Notes under the pieces: model-generated
The model's database searches: none
Seen by the model: the letters and a program-made list of their open reading frames with translations, nothing else
Told to the model about the DNA's origin: nothing
Program-made: the position numbers and the translations under genes
DNA from: an uncultured Candidatus Saccharibacteria bacterium
GTDB lineage: Bacteria > Patescibacteriota > Saccharimonadia > JAGOAT01 > CAYZIP01
Reading direction: 5' to 3'
Assembly: GCA_964478695.1 (NCBI GenBank)
Contig: CAYZIP010000003.1
Location: forward strand, 4,143-68,142
DNA length: 64,000 nt
Shown here: positions 29,613-39,026 of the stretch, piece after piece
How the letters are laid out: every line of letters begins with the position of its first letter
How positions within the stretch are numbered: the stretch's first letter is position 1

Positions 29613-31034
29613 ATGATTAGAGAAGATTTAAAAGATATTATTTTATCCTTGCCATCTAGTCCAGGAGTTTATATATATAAAGATATAGAAGGAAAAGTGA
29701 TTTATGTAGGTAAAGCGATTAATCTTAAAAAAAGAGTTAGCTCATATTTTCAAAAACAGCATCACGGACTGTATGGATACAAAATAGATTTATTGGTTGC
29801 TTCTATTGCTAGTATTGAAACTATTATGGTGAATATGGAAATGGAAGCTTTATTTCTAGAAGCAGAGCTGATCAAGCGTTATAAGCCAAAATACAATGTA
29901 TTGAGCCGTGATGATAAAAACTATTTATATGTACGTATTAGCCGTGATAGATACCCAGTTATAGATTTTGTTAGACAAAAATATAATGATAAAAGTAGTT
30001 ATTATGGCCCGTTTAGTGCTGGTTCTAGAGTTCGATCATATATGTTTAAGCTCAGACGTATATATCCTTTTATCACACATTCATCATGGCCCAAGTATAG
30101 CTCCAGGCTAGAGATGCAAATTGGTACTTCACCTCCGATTGATATTAGTACAGATAAATACCATGCCACCATTAAGCAGATTAAGCAAGTACTGTCTGGC
30201 AGGGTTTCTAAAAGAATGACTACTATTAAGAGGGAGATATCATCACTATCTAATAGAAGGCTATATGAAGAGGCGGCTGAGCTAAAAAAGGAATATGACG
30301 TTTTACATAGTTTTTCTAATACTAAATTTAGTGAAGAAAGTATTTTTTCGGTGCATGACGATAGCACACTTACTGCTTTGGCAAAACAGCTAGGTATTAG
30401 TTCTGGGCTCAAGAGAATTGAGTGCTTTGATATATCAAATTTATCATATTCTAATATAGTAGCCAGTATGATTGTGTTTATTAATGGCTTACCTAGCAGT
30501 GGCCAGTATAGACATTTTAAGATCAGAGGGCTTAATGTAAATGATGATTTTACTAGTATGAAACAAGTAATCAGCAGAAGGATCAAACATGAGCAGTGGG
30601 GCAGAGCAGATCTTATTATAGTGGATGGTGGCAAGGGTCAGCTTTCTGCTGCCTTAGAGGCAATCAAAGAATCCAATTATAAAACTCATATTATTGGACT
30701 AGCAAAAAGGCTAGAGACCATTATTACTTTTAATCAAAATACAAATAGTTTTGAAGAGATAACTTTGGGCCTCCATCACCCCGTTACGCATTTATTGCAA
30801 CGTATCAGAGATGAAGCTCATCGCTTTGCTATTACTTTTCAAAGGCAATCTCGTAATAAAGACTATAGGAGCCAGTTATTAGGGATTAAAGGGGTGGGAG
30901 AGAAAACAGTGCAAGCGGTTTATAGACAGTTTAAAGGCCGAGATGATATATTAAAGTCCAAACAAAATTTAGTGGCTTTAATTGGTGCTAAGAAGGCTCG
31001 TAATATTATTAACTTCTTTGAAAATAATATGTAA
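29613..31034 (+). CDS. uvrC: Excinuclease ABC subunit C. It is short at 473 aa, with GIY-YIG, an RNase H-like domain and HhH.
   Basis: PGVYIYKD...IYVGKA is a GIY-YIG motif. GIKGVGEKT is a C-terminal HhH. Confidence 0.85.
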   Translation: MIREDLKDIILSLPSSPGVYIYKDIEGKVIYVGKAINLKKRVSSYFQKQHHGLYGYKIDLLVASIASIETIMVNMEMEALFLEAELIKRYKPKYNVLSRDDKNYLYVRISRDRYPVIDFVRQKYNDKSSYYGPFSAGSRVRSYMFKLRRIYPFITHSSWPKYSSRLEMQIGTSPPIDISTDKYHATIKQIKQVLSGRVSKRMTTIKREISSLSNRRLYEEAAELKKEYDVLHSFSNTKFSEESIFSVHDDSTLTALAKQLGISSGLKRIECFDISNLSYSNIVASMIVFINGLPSSGQYRHFKIRGLNVNDDFTSMKQVISRRIKHEQWGRADLIIVDGGKGQLSAALEAIKESNYKTHIIGLAKRLETIITFNQNTNSFEEITLGLHHPVTHLLQRIRDEAHRFAITFQRQSRNKDYRSQLLGIKGVGEKTVQAVYRQFKGRDDILKSKQNLVALIGAKKARNIINFFENNM

Positions 31035-31053
31035 ATAGCTATAATAATCATGT

Positions 31054-31410
31054 ATGAAAAAGTTTTTTAGAAGTTGGATTATTAACTTTCTTAGCATAGC
31101 TCTAGCTCTATATTTATTAAGTGGTTTAAATGCCACTGGCAAAGCAGGGTCTCTTTTAATATTTGCCCTTATTTTCGGATTACTTAATAGCACCATTAAA
31201 CCCCTATTGGTCTTAATGTCTATGCCTTTTATTATATTAACCGTGGGGTTATTTAGGGCAATTATTAATGCCTCGATGCTTTATATCACCAGATTTTTCT
31301 ATGATGGAGTAGAGATTAGGTCTTTTATGTGGGCTGTATTAGGGGGTATTGTTATCTCTATTTTTCAAACCATTTTTAATGAACTTGTTTTTGATAAAGT
31401 CAATCGTTAA
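31054..31410 (+). CDS. DUF360/phage-holin-4_2-family small membrane protein.
   Basis: Four TM segments. The pattern GLLNSTIKPLL is present. Confidence 0.5.
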   Translation: MKKFFRSWIINFLSIALALYLLSGLNATGKAGSLLIFALIFGLLNSTIKPLLVLMSMPFIILTVGLFRAIINASMLYITRFFYDGVEIRSFMWAVLGGIVISIFQTIFNELVFDKVNR

Positions 31411-31421
31411 CGAAAGGTTAT

Positions 31422-31640
31422 ATGAGTAATTTTTTAGATTTAATAATATTAGTTTTTTCAGCTACTTTGATCCTAACTATTTTAATGCAGTCTAGTGATA
31501 GCAGCCCAGGGTTGGGGATGAGCTCAATGGATGGAGCTAATTATAGAAGCAGAAGAGGGCTAGAGAGTGTGCTGTTTAATAGTACTATAGTCCAGGCAAT
31601 AGTACTATTTGCAGCCTTGTTGTGGAAATTGATAGGTTAA
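31422..31640 (+). CDS. secG: Preprotein translocase subunit SecG.
   Basis: ILMQSSDSSPGLGM...NYRSRRGLE resembles the SecG core. Confidence 0.65.
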   Translation: MSNFLDLIILVFSATLILTILMQSSDSSPGLGMSSMDGANYRSRRGLESVLFNSTIVQAIVLFAALLWKLIG

Positions 31641-31682
31641 AAATATATTTAATATTTCATAATTACAAAGTTTATATTTTAT

Positions 31683-33305
31683 ATGCCTAAAACCACACCT
31701 CAATTTATTAAAAACACTTTTCATAAATCTTACCCATTCTTTTTAACAGTACTCCTGATGATCATTATGCCTATAGCTTTGCTAAAGTCTGTTTATATTG
31801 CCACCAGTGGTATGTATAAGAATAAAGATGTTTTTGCCACAGATTATAGTGAAGGATTAATAGGTCAGGTGGATAGTATTAATCCATTATTTTTAAACAG
31901 CTCGGCCAGTCGTGACGTAGCCTCCCTAGTATTCTCTAGCTTACTTAAAAAAGATGGTGAAAATAATTTAAAGCCAGATCTGGCTCAGTCTTGGGAGGTT
32001 AGTTCTGACCAGAAAAATTATACTTTTAAGCTCCGGCCCGATATCTATTGGCATGATGGGGTTAAATTGAGTGCTGATGATATAGTTTTTACTATTGATT
32101 TAATCAAAAACCCAGACATTAATAATCCTTTGCGAACAACCTGGAATAATATCAAGGTTTTTAAAGTTGATGAGTACACTATTCGCTTCACTCTCCCCAT
32201 TAGCTATAATGGCTTTTTGGATAATTGTGATTTTTTAATCATGCCCAAGCATAGGCTAGAATCTATTGATCCATCTCACTTGTCTCAAGATAAATTTGGG
32301 ACTAGCCCTATTGGTACTGGCCCATATAAGCTAGCTAGTCTAGAGCCTGATTTGAATATAGTAAAACTAAAACTAAATGATAAATATTATCAGAAGATTA
32401 TGGAGACTAGTATTGAGAATGTTACATTTAGGACATATAGTCTAGATAGTCTGGCGGCTGATGGGTACATTAAAGGCGAAATAGATGGCATATATCCAGG
32501 GGACGATCCAGAGCAATATAATGACTTGATAAAGTCTGGATTGATTAAGGATAATATCATTAATTCTAGTACAATTATTTCTTTGCACTTTAATATGAAT
32601 AAAGTATTTAAGAGCTTACAGGCTAGACAGATAGCTTCTAAGGCTATCGATACCAATATTATTTATAATGATCTTCATACCAAATATGGACTTGGTAGTA
32701 TTAATTCTATCTTGACTCCAGAGCACCTTGGCTATCAAGACAAACTGAATACTGAATTTGATTCTAAGTTTGTTAGTAGCAATAAAGAGTTAATTAAAAG
32801 CGCATTTACGCAACCTATATCTATAGTAACTCTGGATAGATATTACCTAAAAGATATGAGTACATCTATTTCTGGACAACTTAATAGAGCGGGGATTGAT
32901 AATAATGTTGTTATTGCTAGTGATGAAGATTTACAGAACAAGTATATTAGACCTAAGAATTATGACATTTTATTGTTTGGTCAAAACATTGGAGGGGATA
33001 GTGATCTATATAGTTTTTTGCATTCCAGTCAAGCAGGGCAAGAGGGATTAAATTTATCAAATTATAAATCAACAGAAATGGATAGATTATTAGAGCAAGT
33101 ACGTGGGAGCAAAGATATAGATGCCAAGATAGATAAGGTAACTAAAGTATTATTGTTATGGCAGAAAGATATCCCGGCCAAGGTAGTAGCCAGAAAACAA
33201 TATCAGTATTTTCAATCTGTCAAAATAGAAGGTGGGGTTTATAAATATATGTCAGCTCCATATCAAAGGTTTGCCGATATATTATCTTGGAAGATATCTA
33301 AATAG
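31683..33305 (+). CDS. ABC transporter substrate-binding protein, family 5 (Opp/Dpp-like), membrane anchored.
   Basis: DLAQSWEVSSDQKNYTFKLRPDIYWHDG is an SBP_bac_5 signature. Confidence 0.7.
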   Translation: MPKTTPQFIKNTFHKSYPFFLTVLLMIIMPIALLKSVYIATSGMYKNKDVFATDYSEGLIGQVDSINPLFLNSSASRDVASLVFSSLLKKDGENNLKPDLAQSWEVSSDQKNYTFKLRPDIYWHDGVKLSADDIVFTIDLIKNPDINNPLRTTWNNIKVFKVDEYTIRFTLPISYNGFLDNCDFLIMPKHRLESIDPSHLSQDKFGTSPIGTGPYKLASLEPDLNIVKLKLNDKYYQKIMETSIENVTFRTYSLDSLAADGYIKGEIDGIYPGDDPEQYNDLIKSGLIKDNIINSSTIISLHFNMNKVFKSLQARQIASKAIDTNIIYNDLHTKYGLGSINSILTPEHLGYQDKLNTEFDSKFVSSNKELIKSAFTQPISIVTLDRYYLKDMSTSISGQLNRAGIDNNVVIASDEDLQNKYIRPKNYDILLFGQNIGGDSDLYSFLHSSQAGQEGLNLSNYKSTEMDRLLEQVRGSKDIDAKIDKVTKVLLLWQKDIPAKVVARKQYQYFQSVKIEGGVYKYMSAPYQRFADILSWKISK

Positions 33306-33371
33306 GTTATAGGGGGGATGCACTTCTTTGTGCAAAGAAATTTTCATACCAAGAAAGTGTTAAAAACTATG

Positions 33372-34832
33372 CTATAGAATACGAACTTTAATAGTATCGG
33401 TTGCTCCAACTACTCCAGGGTATAATCCAGATGCCGTAACTAAGATATCTCCTTTTTTTAGTACTTTATTTTTTTCTAACCAATTTGTGAGCTTGGTCGA
33501 TGCTAGTTTATTGTCTGGACGAACATAGCTCTTAATACCATATACTATAGTCAGTTGATTCGCTATTCTTTGATCACTAGTAATCGCTATAATTGGCTTC
33601 TGTGGTCGACGTGCCGCAATTTTTAGTGCCGTAATACCAGATTTTGTTTCAGCTACAATTGCAGTGGCTCGCACTTCTTCTGCCAGGGTTATGATAGCAC
33701 TTGTAATTGCTTCTTGCTTGGTTGTTTTAAGGCTATCATCTTTGTGGTTTGGGTTGTGAAATACTGTGTTTATCAAGCCATGTTGTTCAGCATATGTTAC
33801 GACACGCTTCATGGTTTTGATGGCCTCGATGGGAAAGTCTCCCATCGCAGTTTCATCTGAAAGCATCACGCAGTCAGCTCCAATAATGACAGCTGTGGCA
33901 ACATCGGATACTTCAGCACGAGTGGGCTCATCACTGGCCATCATAGAGGCTAGCATTTGTGTGGCAATTATGACTGGCTTAGTATATTTAAGACATAAAT
34001 TTACAATTTGACGTTGTGCAATTGGTACTACTTCAGGAGCTACTTCAACCGCCAAATCACCGCGTGCTACCATGACAGCATCAGATTCCTGAATAATTTC
34101 TTCAAGATTATCTAAGGCAGCGACAGTCTCGATTTTTGTTATTATTTTAGCTTTGCTATCTAAGGCCCTAAGAGCTTTTTTGAGATTTTTGACATCATCC
34201 GCAGTTTGTACAAAACTCTGAGCAATATAATCTATGTCTTGAGTGGCTCCAAAAGCTATGTCTTTCTTATCTTTACTAGTAATAACATCCCCCTTAAAGT
34301 CTGTGTCTGGTAAATTAATCCCTTTACGTTTAACAATATATCCATCATTTTGGGCTATGGCCGTAATAATGCCTTTTTGTACGTTGTCTATCAAACACTT
34401 TACTTTACCATCGAATAGATACATCCGCTCGCCAGGATGAACTTTTTTGCTTAAGTCATACTGAATGGGGATAATGCCAGATGTTTCATAGCTGACTCCT
34501 AGTCCAAAACATAGTAATTGATCTTTTTTAATTTCTATTTTATTTTCAAAATCCCCAAGACGAATTTTAGGACCCTGTAAATCTTGTAAAATTGCTACTG
34601 GCTTTCCTAATTCTTTGGATGCTTGGCGAATCCATTTAATCTGCCGTAAGCGTTCATCATATGTACCATGACTAAAGTTTAGACGAATACCATTTACTCC
34701 AGCATTAATCATATCGTAAACTTTTTCATAACTATTGGTTGCCGGGCCACAGGTGGCAATAATCTTTGTACGCTTATATTCTTTTAGTGGTACAGATATC
34801 GATGGTGGTATTTTTTTTGATTTTAGAAACAT
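33372..34832 (-). CDS. pyk: Pyruvate kinase.
   Basis: KIIATCGPAT, NFSHG and MVARGDLAVE are PK motifs. Confidence 0.95.
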   Translation of the reverse strand: MFLKSKKIPPSISVPLKEYKRTKIIATCGPATNSYEKVYDMINAGVNGIRLNFSHGTYDERLRQIKWIRQASKELGKPVAILQDLQGPKIRLGDFENKIEIKKDQLLCFGLGVSYETSGIIPIQYDLSKKVHPGERMYLFDGKVKCLIDNVQKGIITAIAQNDGYIVKRKGINLPDTDFKGDVITSKDKKDIAFGATQDIDYIAQSFVQTADDVKNLKKALRALDSKAKIITKIETVAALDNLEEIIQESDAVMVARGDLAVEVAPEVVPIAQRQIVNLCLKYTKPVIIATQMLASMMASDEPTRAEVSDVATAVIIGADCVMLSDETAMGDFPIEAIKTMKRVVTYAEQHGLINTVFHNPNHKDDSLKTTKQEAITSAIITLAEEVRATAIVAETKSGITALKIAARRPQKPIIAITSDQRIANQLTIVYGIKSYVRPDNKLASTKLTNWLEKNKVLKKGDILVTASGLYPGVVGATDTIKVRIL

Positions 34833-35179
34833 TGCTTTAACTGCTAGTCCTTTCTGTAATTTATTTGCTTATATTAAAGTCAATTTTTGAGATTAATTTT
34901 TTGAGATTATAAATTCAATCATAAAATTATATTATACTCTATAAAACTATCGAACTGTATTAAAAAAACTATCAAAACGCATTAAACTTAATAAGGATTA
35001 TCAAAGCAAAGGCCCACCAAAACTCTAGGATGGATGTAATATAAAATACTTATTTGGCTGCTTGGAGGCTATCATCTTTTTTTAAATGGGGTTTACTTTT
35101 AAACATGTTCATAGATAGCAAAAGAACTCCCACCTTTATCTGGCGAGAGCTCTTTGCGACGGGCGTTAAATAACATCAA

Positions 35180-35191
35180 TTTTGGTGCGGA
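35180..35191. repeat. A 12-nt TTTTGGTGCGGA copy of the tRNA-Leu(CAG) 3' end, a candidate attL of the 35.2-48.0 kb island.
   Basis: An identical 12-mer at 47963..47974 overlaps the tRNA-Leu 3' end. The flanks partly agree as well: caATTTTGGTGCGGA versus ccATTTTGGTGCGGA. Confidence 0.4.
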
Positions 35192-35618
35192 ACCCGCACA
35201 TAACTTTGAACTACTGAGTAGTATAGCTGATTGGCTATTTTCTAACAAAATTGCGGACGCCTTTCGGCTTCCTCAGCTTGATACAGAAAGCATCAGATTA
35301 CAGAGGTTACAGCCCAGCTACACCTACTAGCACTATATTTACTAGAGTAAGGTTTGAACCGTACCCAACAATCTAATTGTTAGGAAACAGTGGCAGTTGT
35401 TGGATTAGGACATATGCTTTAGGTCATAGCGATACTGCCCCCCCCTATGCTAATACCGCCCTAAACTGAGAACAATGTAAACGCACATACTACCTAAATA
35501 ATTACCGACATAAAAAAATGGTTTATTTTCCTTGTTGGTAACGGTAGATAATTACCGAGTTCAAGGTGCTTCCTCTCTTCAAATGGTTGCTAGTCCAATA
35601 CAAGGCTATAATTAAACT

Positions 35619-36299
35619 ATGATAAGAAACGACTTTAATCAGTACATCGAAAAGTATATAGAAGGCTACTTGTTTGCCGACCTTAAAACAATCCACGAAA
35701 AAGTAAGCAGAGACGGTAGCCACCAGCAGTCTCTTGGTAATTTAGCGTATCTTTTTACGATTGCTATGTGTTCGGCTATGGAGTTTTTGGGGTTATTGCT
35801 TCGAGATAAGGACGCAGTCAAGGACGGTAAGGTTGACGCCTCCAACGCCCTATCTCACTACATAAAATACTACCTAGAGCCCATTGACCCCAAGTATTCC
35901 ATACTGCGAGCTATAGGCTCTCAGTTAGTACGTAATGGCATATCACATACTTACGCCACAAAAGGAAACATAGCAATTACCCGTCAAGGCAAACGTGAGC
36001 AGACCCATTTTGTAAAATATGGTGCGGAAGGAGTGGTGGTGTTAAACCCTGATTATATTTACGAGGACTTCCTTAAGTCTTACGAGGTCGTTAAATCAAA
36101 ATTGGCAACAGATACAAATCTTCTTGCCCGAGTTGAGGAGCATTACAACTCAATCAAAGCTGTATACGTCAGTGAAGTAGCTAGCCTAAATACAGCGGAC
36201 ATTAACGGAATTGAGTGGAAAGATAAACTTAGTGGCATTGCAACGGACGACATTATCGACAGTATAGAAGTTAATGGCGACTTGGTCTTTGTGAGCTAA
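35619..36299 (+). CDS. Hypothetical protein, first gene of the island.
   Basis: A 226-aa ORF. The upstream leader carries two direct ATAATTACCGA repeats. Confidence 0.35.
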   Translation: MIRNDFNQYIEKYIEGYLFADLKTIHEKVSRDGSHQQSLGNLAYLFTIAMCSAMEFLGLLLRDKDAVKDGKVDASNALSHYIKYYLEPIDPKYSILRAIGSQLVRNGISHTYATKGNIAITRQGKREQTHFVKYGAEGVVVLNPDYIYEDFLKSYEVVKSKLATDTNLLARVEEHYNSIKAVYVSEVASLNTADINGIEWKDKLSGIATDDIIDSIEVNGDLVFVS

Positions 36300-36303
36300 A
36301 TAT

Positions 36304-37635
36304 CTAAATTGAAGTTTTTATAACTTCGCCGATGTACTTTTTGTTTAGCCAAAAGCATTTTTTAATTAGCTGAGTACCTTGCGGTGTTGGTAGGGTGTCC
36401 TTTGCGTTCTTGGCTTTAGGGCGAACGTGGGCAACATTGCTCTCAGTAGATTTTGGCAAGTCAGTAGCGTCTATGGCAACTCGTCGCTTAGTCTCCTCCC
36501 ATACACGGCGAGCCTCTTCGCGGTCGATAAACGGCATATTCCAATAGTTTACCTTAGCTAACCGTAGGTCGCCGTTCTCGTCCACTCGAAAAATAACTAG
36601 TAAGAACTTTTGCTCTATTTTGTTGAAAAAACTACTGTCCTCCCACTCCTCGTCTACTATATCGAGGTACTTAAAAGTAGGAAATGACATAGCCTCGGCT
36701 GGTAGCCAGTCTTTATTTACTCTGATAGTTTTTAGTTCAACACCAGCCTTATCAAGCTCTGGCACAGTTCTCTTTGTACCGCCTAGAATACGCATAGTCA
36801 GGCTTCGATAAAACCCTTTGTCGTTTTTACCGTGTTTATGGAAATCTAAGAGACTAGAAATCTCTTCAACAGTTTTACCGATGTAAGGCTTAAACTTGTT
36901 TTGGGTAGCGTCCTCGATTGTAACAGTAGCTGTTACGTCTAATACACCGACCTCTCCCGTATGACCCTCAATAATACGATTAACATAACTTGGCTTGAGC
37001 GAGAACGCCCTAGACTTTGCTGGTATATCAGAGTTCGGTTGTTGTCTTAGTTTTTCCTTCTCACCACCAGAACCTTTTCGACAAGCACCTAGATAGTAAG
37101 TGTCTCCCTCTGATAGTTCGTGAGCAAGTCCGTTCTCAATTTTCTTACGTATAGTTTCCCAGTCACGCTTTATAATCTCTAGGTCTTTCTCTGGAAACTC
37201 AAACAAAATCGGGTGCAATACAAATCGCCTATCAAAAATCGACAACTCTTTTTCGTACAGATAAAACAGCAACAGCATCAGACTACATTTTTCCATTAAC
37301 GACGAAGTATCCCACCTCTCGTTAACTAGGTTCATATAGTTAATCATTGTCAAAACAAGGCGTTCCTTTGCCTTGTAACTGCCGTCTGTTCTTTTTAGCA
37401 CTCCTGTAGTTTTTAGTTCTACTCCAGCGTCAGGAAAATCAGGAAGGTGCGTTGTATTGTCGGGCTGGTATCTGTAATAGTACCGTTCAACCATATTACC
37501 TAAGTCGCCCTTGTTGCTTATATTTTCGGCAACTCGGGACATATCCACTACTTCGGCGAGTGTTTTGCCAGAGAGACCACGAGCGTACTCTAATAGAGAC
37601 TGAGGAGAGCTTATATCATAAGTCGCTTGTGCCAT
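36304..37635 (-). CDS. Sau3AI/MutH-family type II restriction endonuclease with a two-domain architecture.
   Basis: LPDFPDAGVELKT at the N-terminus and a second degenerate copy, VPELDKAGVELKT, in the C-terminal half. This matches the Sau3AI duplication of the MutH fold. Confidence 0.65.
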   Translation of the reverse strand: MAQATYDISSPQSLLEYARGLSGKTLAEVVDMSRVAENISNKGDLGNMVERYYYRYQPDNTTHLPDFPDAGVELKTTGVLKRTDGSYKAKERLVLTMINYMNLVNERWDTSSLMEKCSLMLLLFYLYEKELSIFDRRFVLHPILFEFPEKDLEIIKRDWETIRKKIENGLAHELSEGDTYYLGACRKGSGGEKEKLRQQPNSDIPAKSRAFSLKPSYVNRIIEGHTGEVGVLDVTATVTIEDATQNKFKPYIGKTVEEISSLLDFHKHGKNDKGFYRSLTMRILGGTKRTVPELDKAGVELKTIRVNKDWLPAEAMSFPTFKYLDIVDEEWEDSSFFNKIEQKFLLVIFRVDENGDLRLAKVNYWNMPFIDREEARRVWEETKRRVAIDATDLPKSTESNVAHVRPKAKNAKDTLPTPQGTQLIKKCFWLNKKYIGEVIKTSI

Positions 37636-37709
37636 ATACTCAATTGTATCAAAAACATCGGTAAATGGGCTTGATCGAAAGCTATAAAATTGGTAAGATA
37701 GTTGTAAGT

Positions 37710-38963
37710 ATGGTAAAAAAAATCAAAGTCGTTGAGTTGTTTGCTGGTGTCGGGGGCTTTCGTATTGGTCTAGACAGAGCAAGTAACGACAAGTTTAAGT
37801 ATGAAACAGTTTGGGCTAATCAGTATGAGCCAGCAACCTCTCGTCAACACGCCTCAGAGGTGTATGTAGCACGTTTTGGTAAGAAGGGTTTTAGTGGTCG
37901 TGATATTGAAAAAGTTATAGAAGATGATTTCGATAGCATACCAGACCACGACTTACTCGTCGGTGGCTTTCCTTGTCAGGACTACTCAGTAGCAAGCACA
38001 CTTAAACACTCTCACGGTCTAATCGGTAAAAAGGGCGTATTATTCTGGTCAATCTACACTATTTTGCAACGCAAAGGCGATAAAGCACCTGACTACCTTT
38101 TTCTTGAAAATGTAGACCGCTTACTCAAGTCTCCAGCAAGTCAGCGTGGCAAGGACTTCGCTGTTATGCTCGCTTCGCTATCTGACCTTGGATATGCAAT
38201 TGAGTGGCGAGTTGTGAACTCTGCTGAGTATGGCTTTCCACAGAGGCGACGTAGAGTGTTCATTATTGGCTACAAGAAAGGCACTAAACTTTATGAGAAA
38301 GCTAAAAAAGCCGTTGCGAGCGAGTGGTTGACGAAAGACGGTGTACTAGCTGACGCCTTCCCCGTAGAGCCGACGCTATCAACTCACGAGGTTAAACTCG
38401 AAGGTACTTACGCTGACATTACGCAGAACTTCTCTGCTAATAAGCCAACTCTAAGCCCATTTGATAACTCAGGTTTAATGATAGACAGAGTGGTTATCAC
38501 GGGTAAGGTAAACCCAGTATACAGTGGCAAACATATGTCCCTAGGTGAAGTGCTTATTGACGAGAAAGATGTACCCGATGAGTTCTTTATACCCGAGGAC
38601 AAGCTACCTCAATGGACGTATTTAAAAGGTGCTAAAAAAGAGGAGCGTAAAACGGCAAGCGGACACGTTTATCATTATGCCGAAGGTGCTATGGTTTTTC
38701 CCGACGCATTAGATAAGCCGTCTAGAACGATTATCACAGGCGAGGGCGGTTCTGGAGCGTCTCGCTTTAAGCACGTAGTTAAAACACCGTCAGGTCGCTA
38801 TCGTAGGCTCGTACCACTTGAGTTAGAGCGACTTGATATGTTTCCCGACAATCACACCCAACTCGAAGGTGTTTCTGACGGCAAAAGGGCTTTCTTTATG
38901 GGTAATGCCCTTGTAGTTGGTGCTATCGAAAAGGTCGGGCACTCCCTCTCGAGAAAACGATAG
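37710..38963 (+). CDS. DNA cytosine-5 methyltransferase, a probable M.Sau3AI-like partner. The ORF opens at 37665.
   Basis: ELFAGVGG is motif I. GFPCQDYS is motif IV. ENV is motif VI. RRRVFIIG is motif VIII. It is divergent from the REase gene. Confidence 0.88.
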   Translation: MVKKIKVVELFAGVGGFRIGLDRASNDKFKYETVWANQYEPATSRQHASEVYVARFGKKGFSGRDIEKVIEDDFDSIPDHDLLVGGFPCQDYSVASTLKHSHGLIGKKGVLFWSIYTILQRKGDKAPDYLFLENVDRLLKSPASQRGKDFAVMLASLSDLGYAIEWRVVNSAEYGFPQRRRRVFIIGYKKGTKLYEKAKKAVASEWLTKDGVLADAFPVEPTLSTHEVKLEGTYADITQNFSANKPTLSPFDNSGLMIDRVVITGKVNPVYSGKHMSLGEVLIDEKDVPDEFFIPEDKLPQWTYLKGAKKEERKTASGHVYHYAEGAMVFPDALDKPSRTIITGEGGSGASRFKHVVKTPSGRYRRLVPLELERLDMFPDNHTQLEGVSDGKRAFFMGNALVVGAIEKVGHSLSRKR

Positions 38964-39026
38964 TATCCGAGCTCTTGTAACTGGGATATAATATGGTCAG
39001 ATACCGTTCTGGGCATTATTAAAATT

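Noticed and set aside
30002-30634. A 210-aa minus-strand ORF.
   Set aside because: It lies antisense within uvrC, whose plus-strand protein has clear GIY-YIG and HhH motifs. The minus-frame protein is low complexity.
35100-35520. A possible tmRNA, RNase P RNA or tRNA in the ORF-free island-boundary region.
   Set aside because: I looked on both strands for the tRNA-like acceptor/T-arm ends of tmRNA, for the RNase P motifs GGGTGAAA/GGTGCGGTAAGAGCGCACC and AGGAAAGTCCGGGCTCC, and for the SRP GGAAGCAGCCAAGG motif. None is present. Only a short hairpin and the att core were found.
37452-37664. A 70-aa plus-strand ORF.
   Set aside because: It overlaps the 5' end of the Sau3AI-like gene on the other strand and has no RBS.
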